In this document: piece after piece, positions 28,849 to 37,951 of the stretch | Layout of the letters: every line of letters starts with the position of its first letter | Position numbering within the stretch: position 1 is the stretch's first letter | DNA from: Acidobacteriota bacterium | GTDB taxonomy: Bacteria > Acidobacteriota > Polarisedimenticolia > Gp22-AA2 | Assembly (NCBI GenBank): GCA_041486695.1 | Contig: JBGPLZ010000003.1 | Coordinates: 1 to 60,849, forward strand | Length of the DNA stretch: 60,849 nt | Reading direction: 5' to 3' | Translations under genes and position numbers: made by a program | The notes under the pieces: model-generated | The model's database searches: none | The model's input: only the letters and a program-made list of their open reading frames with translations | What the model was told of the DNA's origin: nothing

Positions 28849-31250
28849 GCACCGGGAAGTCCGAGATCCAGGAGGACCAGCTCAAGATTCCCAAGGAGCT
28901 GCCCGTCCTGCCGCTCCGGGACATCGTCGTCTATCCCTTCATCATCGTCCCCCTCTCGGTCAGCCGCGAACGTTCGATCCGCGCGGTCGACCGCGCCCTG
29001 GCCGAGAACCGGATGATCCTCCTGGTGGCGCAGACCGACAGCCAGATGGAGGAGCCGGGCGCCGAGGATCTGTTCGACGTCGGCACCGTGGGCGTCATCA
29101 TGCGGATGCTCAAGCTCCCCGACGGCCGGATCCGCGTGCTGGTGCAGGGCGTCTGCCGGGCGCGGGTGGACGAATTCAACAAGAAAGAACCGTTCCTGCA
29201 GGCGCGGATCAGCCGCATTCCGGAGCCACAGTCGGGCGCCTCGCTCGAGCACGAGGCGCTCCTGCGCAACGTGAAGAAATCGCTCGAGCGCAGCGTCTCT
29301 CTTGGCAAGTCGATCTCCTCCGAGGTGATGGTGATCGCCGGCAATCTGGAGGATGCGGGACGCATGGCCGACCTGGTGGCGAGCAACCTCGATTTAAAGG
29401 TTGAAGACGCCCAGGAGATCCTGAAGATCGTCGATCCGGTCGGCCGCCTCCGTCGGGTCAACGAGCTCCTGAACAAGGAGATCGAGCTCCTGACGATGCA
29501 GCAGGAGATCAACACCCACGCCCGCGAGGAGATCGACAAGTCGCAGCGCGAGTATTTCCTGCGCCAGCAGATGAAGGCGATCCAGAACGAGCTGGGCGAG
29601 GGCAACGATCTGGCCGAGGAGGTGGAGCAGTTTCATGAGAAGGCCCGCAAGGCCAAGATGCCCAAGAAGGTCTTCGAGGAGGTCGAGCGCCAGATCAACA
29701 AGCTCGAGCGCATGCATCCCGACTCGGCGGAGACCGCCACGGTGCGCAACTACCTCGATTGGATGGTCAATCTCCCGTGGTCGCTGCAGACGAAGGACAA
29801 CCTCGATCTGAAGAAGGCGCAGGAGATCCTGGACGAGGATCACTACGGGCTGGAGACGATCAAGGAGCGGATTCTCGAGTATCTGGCGGTGCGCAAGCTC
29901 AAGAAGAAGATGCGCGGGCCGATTCTCTGCTTCCTCGGGCCGCCGGGCGTCGGCAAGACCTCGCTCGGCCGCTCGATCGCGAGGGCCCTCGGCCGCAAGT
30001 TCGTCCGCATCTCCCTCGGGGGCATCCGCGACGAGGCCGAGATCCGGGGCCATCGCCGCACCTACGTCGGCTCGATGCCAGGACGGATCATCCAGGGAAT
30101 CAGCCAGGCGGCCTCCAACAATCCGGTCTTCATGCTCGACGAGGTCGACAAGATCGGCTCCGATTACCGCGGCGATCCCTCCTCCGCGCTGCTCGAGGTG
30201 CTGGATCCGGAGCAGAACTACACCTTCCGCGACCATTACCTGAACGTGGCGTTCGATCTGAGCAACGTCATGTTCGTCGCGACGGCCAATCTTCTCGATC
30301 CGATCCAGCCCGCCTTCCGCGACCGCATGGAGGTGATCAGCCTGTCGGGCTATACCGAGGAAGAGAAGGTCGAGATCGCCAAGCGCCATCTGATCCCGAA
30401 GCAGGTCGAGGAGAACGGCCTGGCGGCGGACCAGGTGGTGTTCAACGACAAGTCGATTCAGACGATCATCGAGAAATACACCCGTGAGGCGGGGCTGCGC
30501 AACCTCGAGCGCGAGATCGCCAAGACCTGCCGCAAGCTGGCGCGCCGGGTCGCCGAGGGGGGCTCCGGCCCGTACCGCCTCAACCCGACCGCGGTGGAGG
30601 ATCTCCTGGGTGTCCCCCGGGTCATGCCGGAGATGGCGCTGCACCACAACCAGATCGGGGTCGCGACCGGCCTCGCCTGGACCGCCGCGGGCGGCGAGAT
30701 CCTCTTCGTCGAGGCGACCACCATGCCGGGGAAGGGCCGGCTCATCCTGACCGGCCACCTCGGGAACGTGATGAAGGAGTCGGCCCAGGCGGCGCTGTCG
30801 TACACGCGCTCGCGCTGCGCCGACTTCGGGATCAACGCGAACGCCTTCGGCGAGATGGATCTGCACGTGCATGTCCCGGAGGGCGCTATTCCCAAGGACG
30901 GGCCGTCGGCGGGCATCACCATGGCGACCGCCATCGTCTCGGTGCTCACCAACCGGCCGGTGAAGCGCTCCGTCGCCATGACCGGAGAGATCACGCTGCG
31001 CGGCAACGTGCTGCCGATCGGCGGGGTGAAGGAAAAGGTCCTGGCTGCCCGGCGGGCCTCGATCGAGACGGTGATCCTGCCCGAGGCGAACCGCAGGAAC
31101 CTCGAGGAAGTCCCGAAGCTCTTCCGCAAGGAGCTGCAATTCATCTTCGTCTCGGACGTCAATGATGTCTTCGAGGCGGCGCTCGCCGAGCCGACGGCGC
31201 GGCGCCCCGGGCAGCGCGTAGGAACCACCCGGCCGATCGTCGCGATGTGA
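28845..31250 (+). CDS. lon: ATP-dependent Lon protease
   Basis: Start MSTGKSE at 28845 (ATGA overlap with the hsp20 stop). LPVLPLRDIVVYP (LON N domain), GPPGVGKTS (Walker A), PKDGPSAGITMATA (catalytic Ser). Confidence 0.95.
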   Translation: MSTGKSEIQEDQLKIPKELPVLPLRDIVVYPFIIVPLSVSRERSIRAVDRALAENRMILLVAQTDSQMEEPGAEDLFDVGTVGVIMRMLKLPDGRIRVLVQGVCRARVDEFNKKEPFLQARISRIPEPQSGASLEHEALLRNVKKSLERSVSLGKSISSEVMVIAGNLEDAGRMADLVASNLDLKVEDAQEILKIVDPVGRLRRVNELLNKEIELLTMQQEINTHAREEIDKSQREYFLRQQMKAIQNELGEGNDLAEEVEQFHEKARKAKMPKKVFEEVERQINKLERMHPDSAETATVRNYLDWMVNLPWSLQTKDNLDLKKAQEILDEDHYGLETIKERILEYLAVRKLKKKMRGPILCFLGPPGVGKTSLGRSIARALGRKFVRISLGGIRDEAEIRGHRRTYVGSMPGRIIQGISQAASNNPVFMLDEVDKIGSDYRGDPSSALLEVLDPEQNYTFRDHYLNVAFDLSNVMFVATANLLDPIQPAFRDRMEVISLSGYTEEEKVEIAKRHLIPKQVEENGLAADQVVFNDKSIQTIIEKYTREAGLRNLEREIAKTCRKLARRVAEGGSGPYRLNPTAVEDLLGVPRVMPEMALHHNQIGVATGLAWTAAGGEILFVEATTMPGKGRLILTGHLGNVMKESAQAALSYTRSRCADFGINANAFGEMDLHVHVPEGAIPKDGPSAGITMATAIVSVLTNRPVKRSVAMTGEITLRGNVLPIGGVKEKVLAARRASIETVILPEANRRNLEEVPKLFRKELQFIFVSDVNDVFEAALAEPTARRPGQRVGTTRPIVAM

Positions 31251-31289
31251 CGGTACGTCCCACCCGCCGCCCGCGGAGGGCGCACGCTG

Positions 31290-32399
31290 ATGGCCGGCCG
31301 CGAACGACTCACCGAGCGGGGCTTCATCGATCTCGTCGCCCGCCTGGCGCGGCCGCTCAGGCCGCGCCCGAGGCTGGGGATCGGCGATGACGCCGCCCTG
31401 CTCGATCTGCCCCCCGGAGCCCAGCTCCTCCTGACCACCGACCTGCTCACCGAGGGGGTGCATTTCCGGTCCACGTACATGGCCGGACGGATGCTGGGCC
31501 GCAAGGCCCTGGCGGTGAACCTGAGTGACATCGCCGCCATGGGCGGGGCCCCTCACTCCTTCGTCGTTTCGGTGGGTTTCCCCCGGGGCACGCGGCTCGA
31601 TGAGGCGCGCGCCTTGGCGCGAGGCCTCGTCGAGCAGGCGCGGTGCTTCGGCGTGGCGCTCGTCGGCGGCGACACCTGCGCCGCCCGCTCCCTGTTCGTC
31701 AGCATCACCCTCCTGGGGTGCGTCGAGCCGGGCCGCGCCGTGACCCGGGGCGGAGCCCGCGAGGGGGATGGGCTCTATGTGACCGGGGACCTGGGGGCCT
31801 CGGCCGCCGGCCTGTCCCTGCTGCGCCGCGGCGCCCGCATCGGTGCCTCTGGCCGGCTTGTCGGGATCCGGCTTGCGCCCTTCCTGCATGGGCATGCCCG
31901 CAGGGCCATCCGGGCGCACCTCGATCCGACGCCGCGCACCGTCGCCGGGCGCGCGCTCGGGCTGACCGGGCTGGCCGCCGCGATGATCGATCTCTCGGAC
32001 GGCCTGGCTCAGGACCTGCCACGCCTCTGCAGGGCGAGCGGGCGCGGCGCCATCGTCCTGGAGGCGGCGATCCCGGTGGCGACGGCGGCCGTCGCTCTTC
32101 TCGGGCCCGCCCGGGCGCGCCGGGTCGCGCTCGTTGGGGGCGAGGACTACGAGTTGCTGTTCGCCGCCCGCCCCGGGCTCGATGCCCTGATCGGCCGGCT
32201 GGCGCGCCGCCTCGGTCTGCCGATCACCCGGATCGGCGAGGTGCTGCCGCGCCGCAGCGGTCTGCACATTTTGACGCGCGACGGCCGCTATCGACTCTTT
32301 GGCCGGGGCGGGTTCGAGCATTTCCCGGCGCCCCGGGCCCGGCGCGGCCTTCGAGGCGCCGGCCAATCCGCCATCCGGCGTGGCACCCGCGCCCGTTGA
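31290..32399 (+). CDS. thiL: Thiamine-monophosphate kinase
   Basis: IGDDAALL, TTDLLTEGVHF, AVNLSDIAAMGG, VGGDT, GGEDYELLF. Confidence 0.9.
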   Translation: MAGRERLTERGFIDLVARLARPLRPRPRLGIGDDAALLDLPPGAQLLLTTDLLTEGVHFRSTYMAGRMLGRKALAVNLSDIAAMGGAPHSFVVSVGFPRGTRLDEARALARGLVEQARCFGVALVGGDTCAARSLFVSITLLGCVEPGRAVTRGGAREGDGLYVTGDLGASAAGLSLLRRGARIGASGRLVGIRLAPFLHGHARRAIRAHLDPTPRTVAGRALGLTGLAAAMIDLSDGLAQDLPRLCRASGRGAIVLEAAIPVATAAVALLGPARARRVALVGGEDYELLFAARPGLDALIGRLARRLGLPITRIGEVLPRRSGLHILTRDGRYRLFGRGGFEHFPAPRARRGLRGAGQSAIRRGTRAR

Positions 32400-32499
32400 C
32401 CGACGACCGCCGCGACCGTATGATCGGGCGGCGATGGTCCGGCCCGGGAGCCCTCCCGCGCGGATCGGCGTCGGTTTCTGGCTGAACGAGGGCGAAACC

Positions 32500-32967
32500 A
32501 TGCGGAAGTTCGGAATCGATCGGTTCAAGCGATTGCTGCGCTTCGTCCTGCACACCGACGACACGCCGGTGCGGGCGGCGCTCGCCTTCGCGCTCGGTGT
32601 GTTCATCGCCTGGACGCCGATCGTCGGCTTGCATACCCTGGTCGCTCTCGGCCTGGCCTTCCTTCTCGGCCTCAATCGCGTCGCCGTCCTGACCGGCACC
32701 TTCATCAACAACCCCTGGACCTTTCTGCCGATCTACAGTGCCTCGGCCTACCTCGGGTCGCTCCTTATCGGCTCGGACGCGCCGGCGCCGCGCCTCGAGG
32801 GACTGTCGAACTGGAGCGACGTGGGGGACTTTCTCTCTCAGTGCCAGCCCTGGATCGTCCCGCTCACCACCGGAACCCTCATCCTCGGAGCGCTCTGCGC
32901 CCTCCTGTCGTTCCCGCTCGTCCTGTATGGCATCCGTTGGTATCGCGCCCTCCGCCGGGTCGGGTGA
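32500..32967 (+). CDS. DUF2062-family membrane protein
   Basis: Internal start MRKFGID at 32500. TPVRAALAFALGVFIAWTPIVGLHTLVALGLAFLLGLNR..FINNPWTFLPIY. Confidence 0.7.
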   Translation: MRKFGIDRFKRLLRFVLHTDDTPVRAALAFALGVFIAWTPIVGLHTLVALGLAFLLGLNRVAVLTGTFINNPWTFLPIYSASAYLGSLLIGSDAPAPRLEGLSNWSDVGDFLSQCQPWIVPLTTGTLILGALCALLSFPLVLYGIRWYRALRRVG

Positions 32968-32968
32968 G

Positions 32969-32989
32969 GTCCGGGCCCGGTGCCCGGAC
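32969..32989 (+). terminator. Weak terminator-like hairpin after the DUF2062 gene
   Basis: GTCCGGGC-CCGGT-GCCCGGAC (8-bp stem) two nt after the stop. Only a poor T-tract (AGTCTTCT) follows. Confidence 0.3.
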
Positions 32990-33002
32990 AGTCTTCTGAG
33001 GC

Positions 33003-33608
33003 TTGGCCGTGATCGACGATCCGGATCTGATCCGGCGGGCGGCGGCGGGTGACCGGGAGGCCTTCGATCTCCTCGTGGAGAGGAAGCGCGAAAGGGTCTT
33101 CTGGATCGCCCGCCACGTCGTCGGGGACGCCGAGCTGGCGCGTGATGTGGCGCAGGACGTGTTCCTGAGATTGTTCCGGACGATCGGGCGCTTCCGCGCC
33201 GGCGCCCCCTTCGATCCATGGCTCTATCGGATCACGCTGAACCTGGCGATCGACGCCCGGCGCCGCGAGCGGCCGCACCGCGAGGCCGCGCCGCTCGAGG
33301 CGGCCGGTGGCAGCGCGGCGGGTGGCCTCTCCGCCGGCGACGAGGACCAAGGCGCGCCGGCGGGCGACAGCCTGCGCCGCCGCGAGGTGCGGCGGATCTT
33401 CATCACGCTCTCGTCGCTTCTGGCTCCCCGGCAGCGCTCCGCCTTCATCCTGAGGGAGATCGAGGGCCTCACCACGGGCGAGGTGGCCGCGGTGCTCAAG
33501 ACGACCGAGTCGACGGTGAGAAACCACGTGCTGCAGGCTCGCCGGATCCTCCAGGAGGAGCTTCGCAAGCGCTATCCCGAGTATTGCCGGCCCCGCGCGC
33601 CGCGGTGA
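33003..33608 (+). CDS. ECF (sigma-24 type) RNA polymerase sigma factor
   Basis: Region 2: DVAQDVFLRLFR..FDPWLYRITLNLAIDARRR. Region 4: RQRSAFILREIEGLTTGEVAAVLKTTESTVRNHVLQARRIL. Confidence 0.9.
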   Translation: MAVIDDPDLIRRAAAGDREAFDLLVERKRERVFWIARHVVGDAELARDVAQDVFLRLFRTIGRFRAGAPFDPWLYRITLNLAIDARRRERPHREAAPLEAAGGSAAGGLSAGDEDQGAPAGDSLRRREVRRIFITLSSLLAPRQRSAFILREIEGLTTGEVAAVLKTTESTVRNHVLQARRILQEELRKRYPEYCRPRAPR

Positions 33609-33676
33609 ACGCGACCCATGTGAATACTCGGGCAGGACACTAGACGCTTCAGGGCTTCGCCGCGTAGATCACGCTG

Positions 33677-34228
33677 ATGAGCGATGATCCGGACGGCACC
33701 TCGGTGAGCATCGAGTGCGAAGCGGTGCGGCCCCTGCTCGGGGCGCCGTTGGCCGACTTCCGCCTCGACGAGGCGGTGGCGCGGCAGGTGAGAGAGCATC
33801 TGGCGGGCTGCGCCGCGTGCCGGGAGATCCAGGCCGGATTCGATCCGGCGGCGCTCTTCATGGAGCTGCGGGGCGGCGTACTCCCGGAGAGCTTCTGGAC
33901 CGGCTTCGACGCCAGGCTCAAGGCGCGCCTCGAGGAGCCGCGCTTCGCCTGGGCCTCGCTGGTCCGCGCCCCGAGGCTGGTCTACCTGACCGCTCCGCTC
34001 TTGATGATTCTGGCCCTCGGGGCCACGATGTTGGTGCTGCACCCGGGGATGGGCGGCTGGCGCAAGCGGGGTGGGTTCCAGACTCCCTTCGGCGCGCCGG
34101 GCCAGCCCGGCACGCCGATGCTGGAGCAGGTCTCCTCGCCCGGCGCCCGGGTCTATCAATTCCTGGTCGGCGCCCCGGGGGACGAGACGCCGATCTATCT
34201 GGTCGTCGATGAGTCGATCAATATCTAG
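33677..34228 (+). CDS. Membrane-spanning anti-sigma factor (zf-HC2 type)
   Basis: VREHLAGCAACREI (H-x3-C-x2-C), one TM segment LVYLTAPLLMILALGATMLVL. Lies immediately downstream of the ECF sigma gene. Confidence 0.75.
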   Translation: MSDDPDGTSVSIECEAVRPLLGAPLADFRLDEAVARQVREHLAGCAACREIQAGFDPAALFMELRGGVLPESFWTGFDARLKARLEEPRFAWASLVRAPRLVYLTAPLLMILALGATMLVLHPGMGGWRKRGGFQTPFGAPGQPGTPMLEQVSSPGARVYQFLVGAPGDETPIYLVVDESINI

Positions 34229-34237
34229 GAACCGGAG

Positions 34238-35014
34238 GTGACGACCGTGCCACGCTGCAGACTCTGGCTTGCCGCCTTGCTGGTCGTGGCCGCCGCGCTC
34301 CTGCCGGTTCCCGACCGGGCCATGGCGGCGCCCCAGACCGGCGCCGAGGCGGGGCCGGGGGCGGCCCCCGCCCCCGAATCGCCCGGAGCGGGGCTGGCGA
34401 CCCAGGTCTTCACCATTCGCTATCGGAACCTGGACGACATCTACCTGCTCGTCAGCCCGGCCCTCGGGCCGCGCGGATCGATCCGCGCCCAGCCCCACCA
34501 GAAGACGATCACCGTCGTCGACGTCCCGGAACGGCTGCAGAGCATCGCCGCGCTGATCGCCGGCACCGATCTCCCCATGCGCGGCGTCGAGGTCTCGGTG
34601 CAGCTGATCCTGGCCTCGATCGGCCCGTCGTCGGCGGCGGCGCCTCCGCCCACCATCCGAGGGGTCATCGAGAAGCTGAACGCCCTGAGCACCCGCTGGA
34701 ACGATTACCGGATGGTCGGCAACGCCCGCATCCTCGGCACCGAAGGGGAGCGCAGCAGCCTGCGCATCGGCGAGGACTACCGGGTGGATTTCCGCATCGA
34801 CCAGGTGTCGCCGGAGAGCCGGATGATCCGGTTCAAGCCTTTCGCCCTGCAGCGCCGCGAGCTGTCGGTCGAGGGGAACGAGCGCTACAGCCCGGTCATG
34901 GACACGGTGCTCAACCTGCGCGACGCCCAGCTGTTCATCGTCGGCGCCTCCAAGATGGAGAAGAGCAACCGCGCCCTGTTCATGACCATCACGGCCTCCC
35001 TGCAGCAGCCCTGA
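34238..35014 (+). CDS. Exported protein with one secretin-N (N1/NolW-like) module and a short secretin-core-like beta-rich C-terminus ('mini-secretin-like')
   Basis: Signal peptide LWLAALLVVAAALLPVPDRAMA/AP. VFTIRYRNLDDIYLLVSP..IRAQPHQKTITVVDVPERLQSIAALIAGTDLP fits the secretin-N pattern. An alternative GTG start at 34247 has better spacing from GGAGG. Confidence 0.5.
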   Translation: MTTVPRCRLWLAALLVVAAALLPVPDRAMAAPQTGAEAGPGAAPAPESPGAGLATQVFTIRYRNLDDIYLLVSPALGPRGSIRAQPHQKTITVVDVPERLQSIAALIAGTDLPMRGVEVSVQLILASIGPSSAAAPPPTIRGVIEKLNALSTRWNDYRMVGNARILGTEGERSSLRIGEDYRVDFRIDQVSPESRMIRFKPFALQRRELSVEGNERYSPVMDTVLNLRDAQLFIVGASKMEKSNRALFMTITASLQQP

Positions 35015-35043
35015 CGGGCGGCCGGGCATTCCAAGGAGTTGTC

Positions 35044-36258
35044 ATGCCGGAGTTCATCGCCAAGATCGGCACCAGCGACGGGACGGTGATGGAGCGCGCC
35101 TTCACCGCCGATTCCGAGCAGGCCCTGATCGTCGATCTGAAGGCGCGCGACTATCACATCTTCGGCATCCGGAAGAAGAGCGGGCTGCTGGGGTTGCTGC
35201 CGGGGCGTGGCGCCGGACGCGGCGTGTCGATGAAGGAGTTCCTGGTCTTCAACCAGGAGCTGGCGGCGCTCATCCGCGCGGGCCTGCCGATCCTGGCCGG
35301 GCTCGACATCCTGATCGAGCGGCGCAAGAATCAGATCTTCAAGAAAGCGCTGACCGACGTGCGCGATCGGGTCCGGGGCGGCGAGGCGCTGTCGGAGGCT
35401 TTCGAGGCGCAGGGCGGCATGTTCCCGAAGATCTACTCGTCGACCCTGGCTTCCGGAGAGCGCTCCGGCGAAGTGGCGTCGGTGCTGCAGCGGTACATCA
35501 CCTATCAGAAGACCATGATGGGCCTGCAGCGCAAGATCCTCTCCGCCCTGATCTATCCGGCGTTTCTCTTCCTGATGTCGTTCGGGATCGTCATCGTCCT
35601 GATCACCTATGTCATCCCCAAGTTCAAGGAGTTCTATGCCGACTTCGGCGCCGACCTGCCGCTGATCACCAAGGTACTGGTCGGCGCGTCGGAGTTCTTC
35701 ACGACGTACCTCCTTGCCGTCCTCCTGGCGATTGTCGTCGCCGTCCTGGGGGTGCGAGCCTGGGCCCGCACCGCGGCGGGGCGGCTGGCGATCGACCGGT
35801 TCAAGATCCGGGTGCCGCTGATCGGCGCCATCTGGCAGCGCTTCGCGGTCTCCCGCTTCCTCCGGACCCTGGGGACCCTGACCGCCGGGGGAATCCCCGC
35901 GGTCACCGCGCTCGGCATCTCGGCCCGCGCCGTCGGCAATCAGGAATTCGAGCGCCAGCTGATCGACGTCGAGCGCAAGGTGCGCGAGGGGAGCAGCCTC
36001 TGGATGTCGCTGGAGGAGACCGGCCTGTTCAGCGACATCGCCATCGAGATGACCAAGGTCGGGGAATCGACGGGGGCGCTGCAGGAGATGCTGGCGCACG
36101 CCGCCGACTTCTACGACGAGGAGATCGAGACGCGCCTCGCCACCATCATCGCCCTGCTCGAGCCGGTGATGCTGATCGGCATGGGGTTCGTCGTCGGCGC
36201 GATGCTCCTGGCGATCTACCTGCCGTTGTTGCGCTCCTACACGCAGTCGAACTTCTAG
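35044..36258 (+). CDS. gspF: GspF/PilC-family platform protein
   Basis: Two T2SSF repeats: LVFNQELAALIRAGLPIL..L and FLRTLGTLTAGGIPAVTAL, plus three TM segments and C-terminal LAIYLPLL. Confidence 0.9.
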   Translation: MPEFIAKIGTSDGTVMERAFTADSEQALIVDLKARDYHIFGIRKKSGLLGLLPGRGAGRGVSMKEFLVFNQELAALIRAGLPILAGLDILIERRKNQIFKKALTDVRDRVRGGEALSEAFEAQGGMFPKIYSSTLASGERSGEVASVLQRYITYQKTMMGLQRKILSALIYPAFLFLMSFGIVIVLITYVIPKFKEFYADFGADLPLITKVLVGASEFFTTYLLAVLLAIVVAVLGVRAWARTAAGRLAIDRFKIRVPLIGAIWQRFAVSRFLRTLGTLTAGGIPAVTALGISARAVGNQEFERQLIDVERKVREGSSLWMSLEETGLFSDIAIEMTKVGESTGALQEMLAHAADFYDEEIETRLATIIALLEPVMLIGMGFVVGAMLLAIYLPLLRSYTQSNF

Positions 36259-36267
36259 AGGATCCCG

Positions 36268-37926
36268 ATGGCTGCCGCGCCGAAGAAAGACAGCCCGACC
36301 CGGCCACCGGCCGTTCCCGACGCGGCGGTGGCCGAGGGCGCGATCGGCAGTGAGGAGCCCCAGGCGCAGCGCATCGCGGCGCGGCTGGGCATCCCGTACG
36401 TCGACCTGGTCGACTTCCCGATCAATCAGGATCTGTTCCGCGCCATCCCGGTCGATCTGATGTTCCGCTACAACTTCGTGCCGGCCAGGGAGGAGAACGG
36501 CCGGCTGGTGGTCGTGCTCTCCGACCCGTCCGACGTCCTGATGGTGGACGAGCTCGAAGTCCTGCTCGGCCGGCCGCTGACCGTCTGCGTCGGGTCCAAG
36601 ACCGCGATCAACGAAGTCTTGAAGAAGTCGGAGTCCAGCCAGCGGGTCCTCGACGCCGCCACCGAGGAGTTCAAGATCCAGGTGGTCCGCGACGACGACG
36701 AGGAGGGCGAGGAGGCGCTGTCGATCGACAAGCTGACCTCGGCCGACTCGCCGATCATCAAGCTGGTTGACTCGACCGTCTTCAACGCCCTGCAGCGCCG
36801 CGCCTCCGACATCCACATCGAGACGCGGGAGCGCGAGGTGGTGATCAAGTACCGCGTCGACGGCGTGCTCTACAACGCCATGGACCCGATCGACAAACGC
36901 TTTCACTCCTCGATCATCTCGCGCATCAAGGTCATGTCCGAGCTCGACATCGCCGAGAAACGGGTGCCGCAGGACGGCCGCTTCAAGCTGAAGATCAAGG
37001 GGCGGACGATCGACTTCCGCGTCTCGATCATGCCCTCGGTGCACGGCGAGGACGCGGTCATCCGCATCCTGGACAAGGAGTCGGTCAACGAGGAGTTCGC
37101 CGAGCTGCGCCTGGACATCCTCGGCTTCACGCCGGAGGATCTCAAGAAGCTGCGCAAGTTCATCCGCGAGCCGTACGGCATGGTGCTGGTCACCGGCCCG
37201 ACCGGCTCCGGAAAGACCACGACCCTCTACGCGGCGCTGTCGGAGATCCGCTCCAACGAAGACAAGATCGTCACCATCGAGGACCCCGTCGAGTACCAGC
37301 TCACGGGGATCACGCAGATCCCGGTGAATGAGAAGAAGGGGCTGACCTTCGCCCGCGGACTGCGATCGATCCTAAGGCACGACCCCGACAAGATCATGGT
37401 CGGAGAGATCCGCGACGAGGAGACGGCGCAGATCGCCATCCAGTCGGCCCTGACCGGCCACCTGGTCTTCACGACGGTGCACGCCAACAACGTCGTCGAC
37501 GTCCTCGGCCGCTTCCTGAACATGAAGGTCGAGCCGTACAACTTCGTCTCGGCCCTTAACTGCGTGGTGGCACAGCGCCTGGTGCGCATCATCTGCCCCA
37601 AGTGCCGCTACGCCGTGCACTACACGGCCGCCCAGCTCCAGGAGTCGGGGATCGACGGCAAGAAGTACGCGGCCCACGTTTTCTACGAGGGGCGCGGCTG
37701 CATCGACTGCAACGGCACCGGTTACATGGGCCGGATGGCCATCGCCGAGATCCTGGACATGAGCGACCGGATCCGGGAGCTGATCCTGGAGCGTAAGTCG
37801 GCCGCCGAGATCAAGCGGGCCGCGCGCGAGGAAGGGATGACCTTCATGCGCGAGGCGGCGGTGCAGCGGGTCCTCGAGGGGAAGACCACGCTGCGCGAGA
37901 TCAACAAGGTGACGTTCGTCGAGTGA
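36268..37926 (+). CDS. gspE: GspE/PilB-family secretion ATPase with an N-terminal T2SSE_N domain
   Basis: Walker A GPTGSGKTTT, Asp box, Walker B IMVGEIRD, His box TGHLVFTTVHAN, tetracysteine CPKC..C..CNGTGY. Confidence 0.95.
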   Translation: MAAAPKKDSPTRPPAVPDAAVAEGAIGSEEPQAQRIAARLGIPYVDLVDFPINQDLFRAIPVDLMFRYNFVPAREENGRLVVVLSDPSDVLMVDELEVLLGRPLTVCVGSKTAINEVLKKSESSQRVLDAATEEFKIQVVRDDDEEGEEALSIDKLTSADSPIIKLVDSTVFNALQRRASDIHIETREREVVIKYRVDGVLYNAMDPIDKRFHSSIISRIKVMSELDIAEKRVPQDGRFKLKIKGRTIDFRVSIMPSVHGEDAVIRILDKESVNEEFAELRLDILGFTPEDLKKLRKFIREPYGMVLVTGPTGSGKTTTLYAALSEIRSNEDKIVTIEDPVEYQLTGITQIPVNEKKGLTFARGLRSILRHDPDKIMVGEIRDEETAQIAIQSALTGHLVFTTVHANNVVDVLGRFLNMKVEPYNFVSALNCVVAQRLVRIICPKCRYAVHYTAAQLQESGIDGKKYAAHVFYEGRGCIDCNGTGYMGRMAIAEILDMSDRIRELILERKSAAEIKRAAREEGMTFMREAAVQRVLEGKTTLREINKVTFVE

Positions 37927-37951
37927 GGGCGTCAACCGCCCGGGAGCGCGC

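Noticed and set aside
29394-32711. Very long antisense ORFs: 29394..32711 (1105 aa), 49795..53040 (1081 aa), 20322..23378 (1018 aa), 16457..18691 (744 aa), 56072..58288 (738 aa), 34885..37044 (719 aa), 13379..15388 (669 aa), 41718..43733 (671 aa), 25048..26607, 11291..12595 and 8666..9745
   Set aside because: All are Arg/Gly/Pro/Ala/Asp-rich with no recognisable motifs. Each lies exactly opposite a gene with strong family signatures (lon/thiL, the thr operon, fhc, and so on). They are typical stop-poor shadow frames of GC-rich DNA.
34228-34233. GGAAC (ECF -35-like) motif downstream of the anti-sigma gene
   Set aside because: It lies only about 5-15 nt from the next start codon and overlaps its SD region, too close to serve as a -35 element. 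No matching CGT-type -10 was found.
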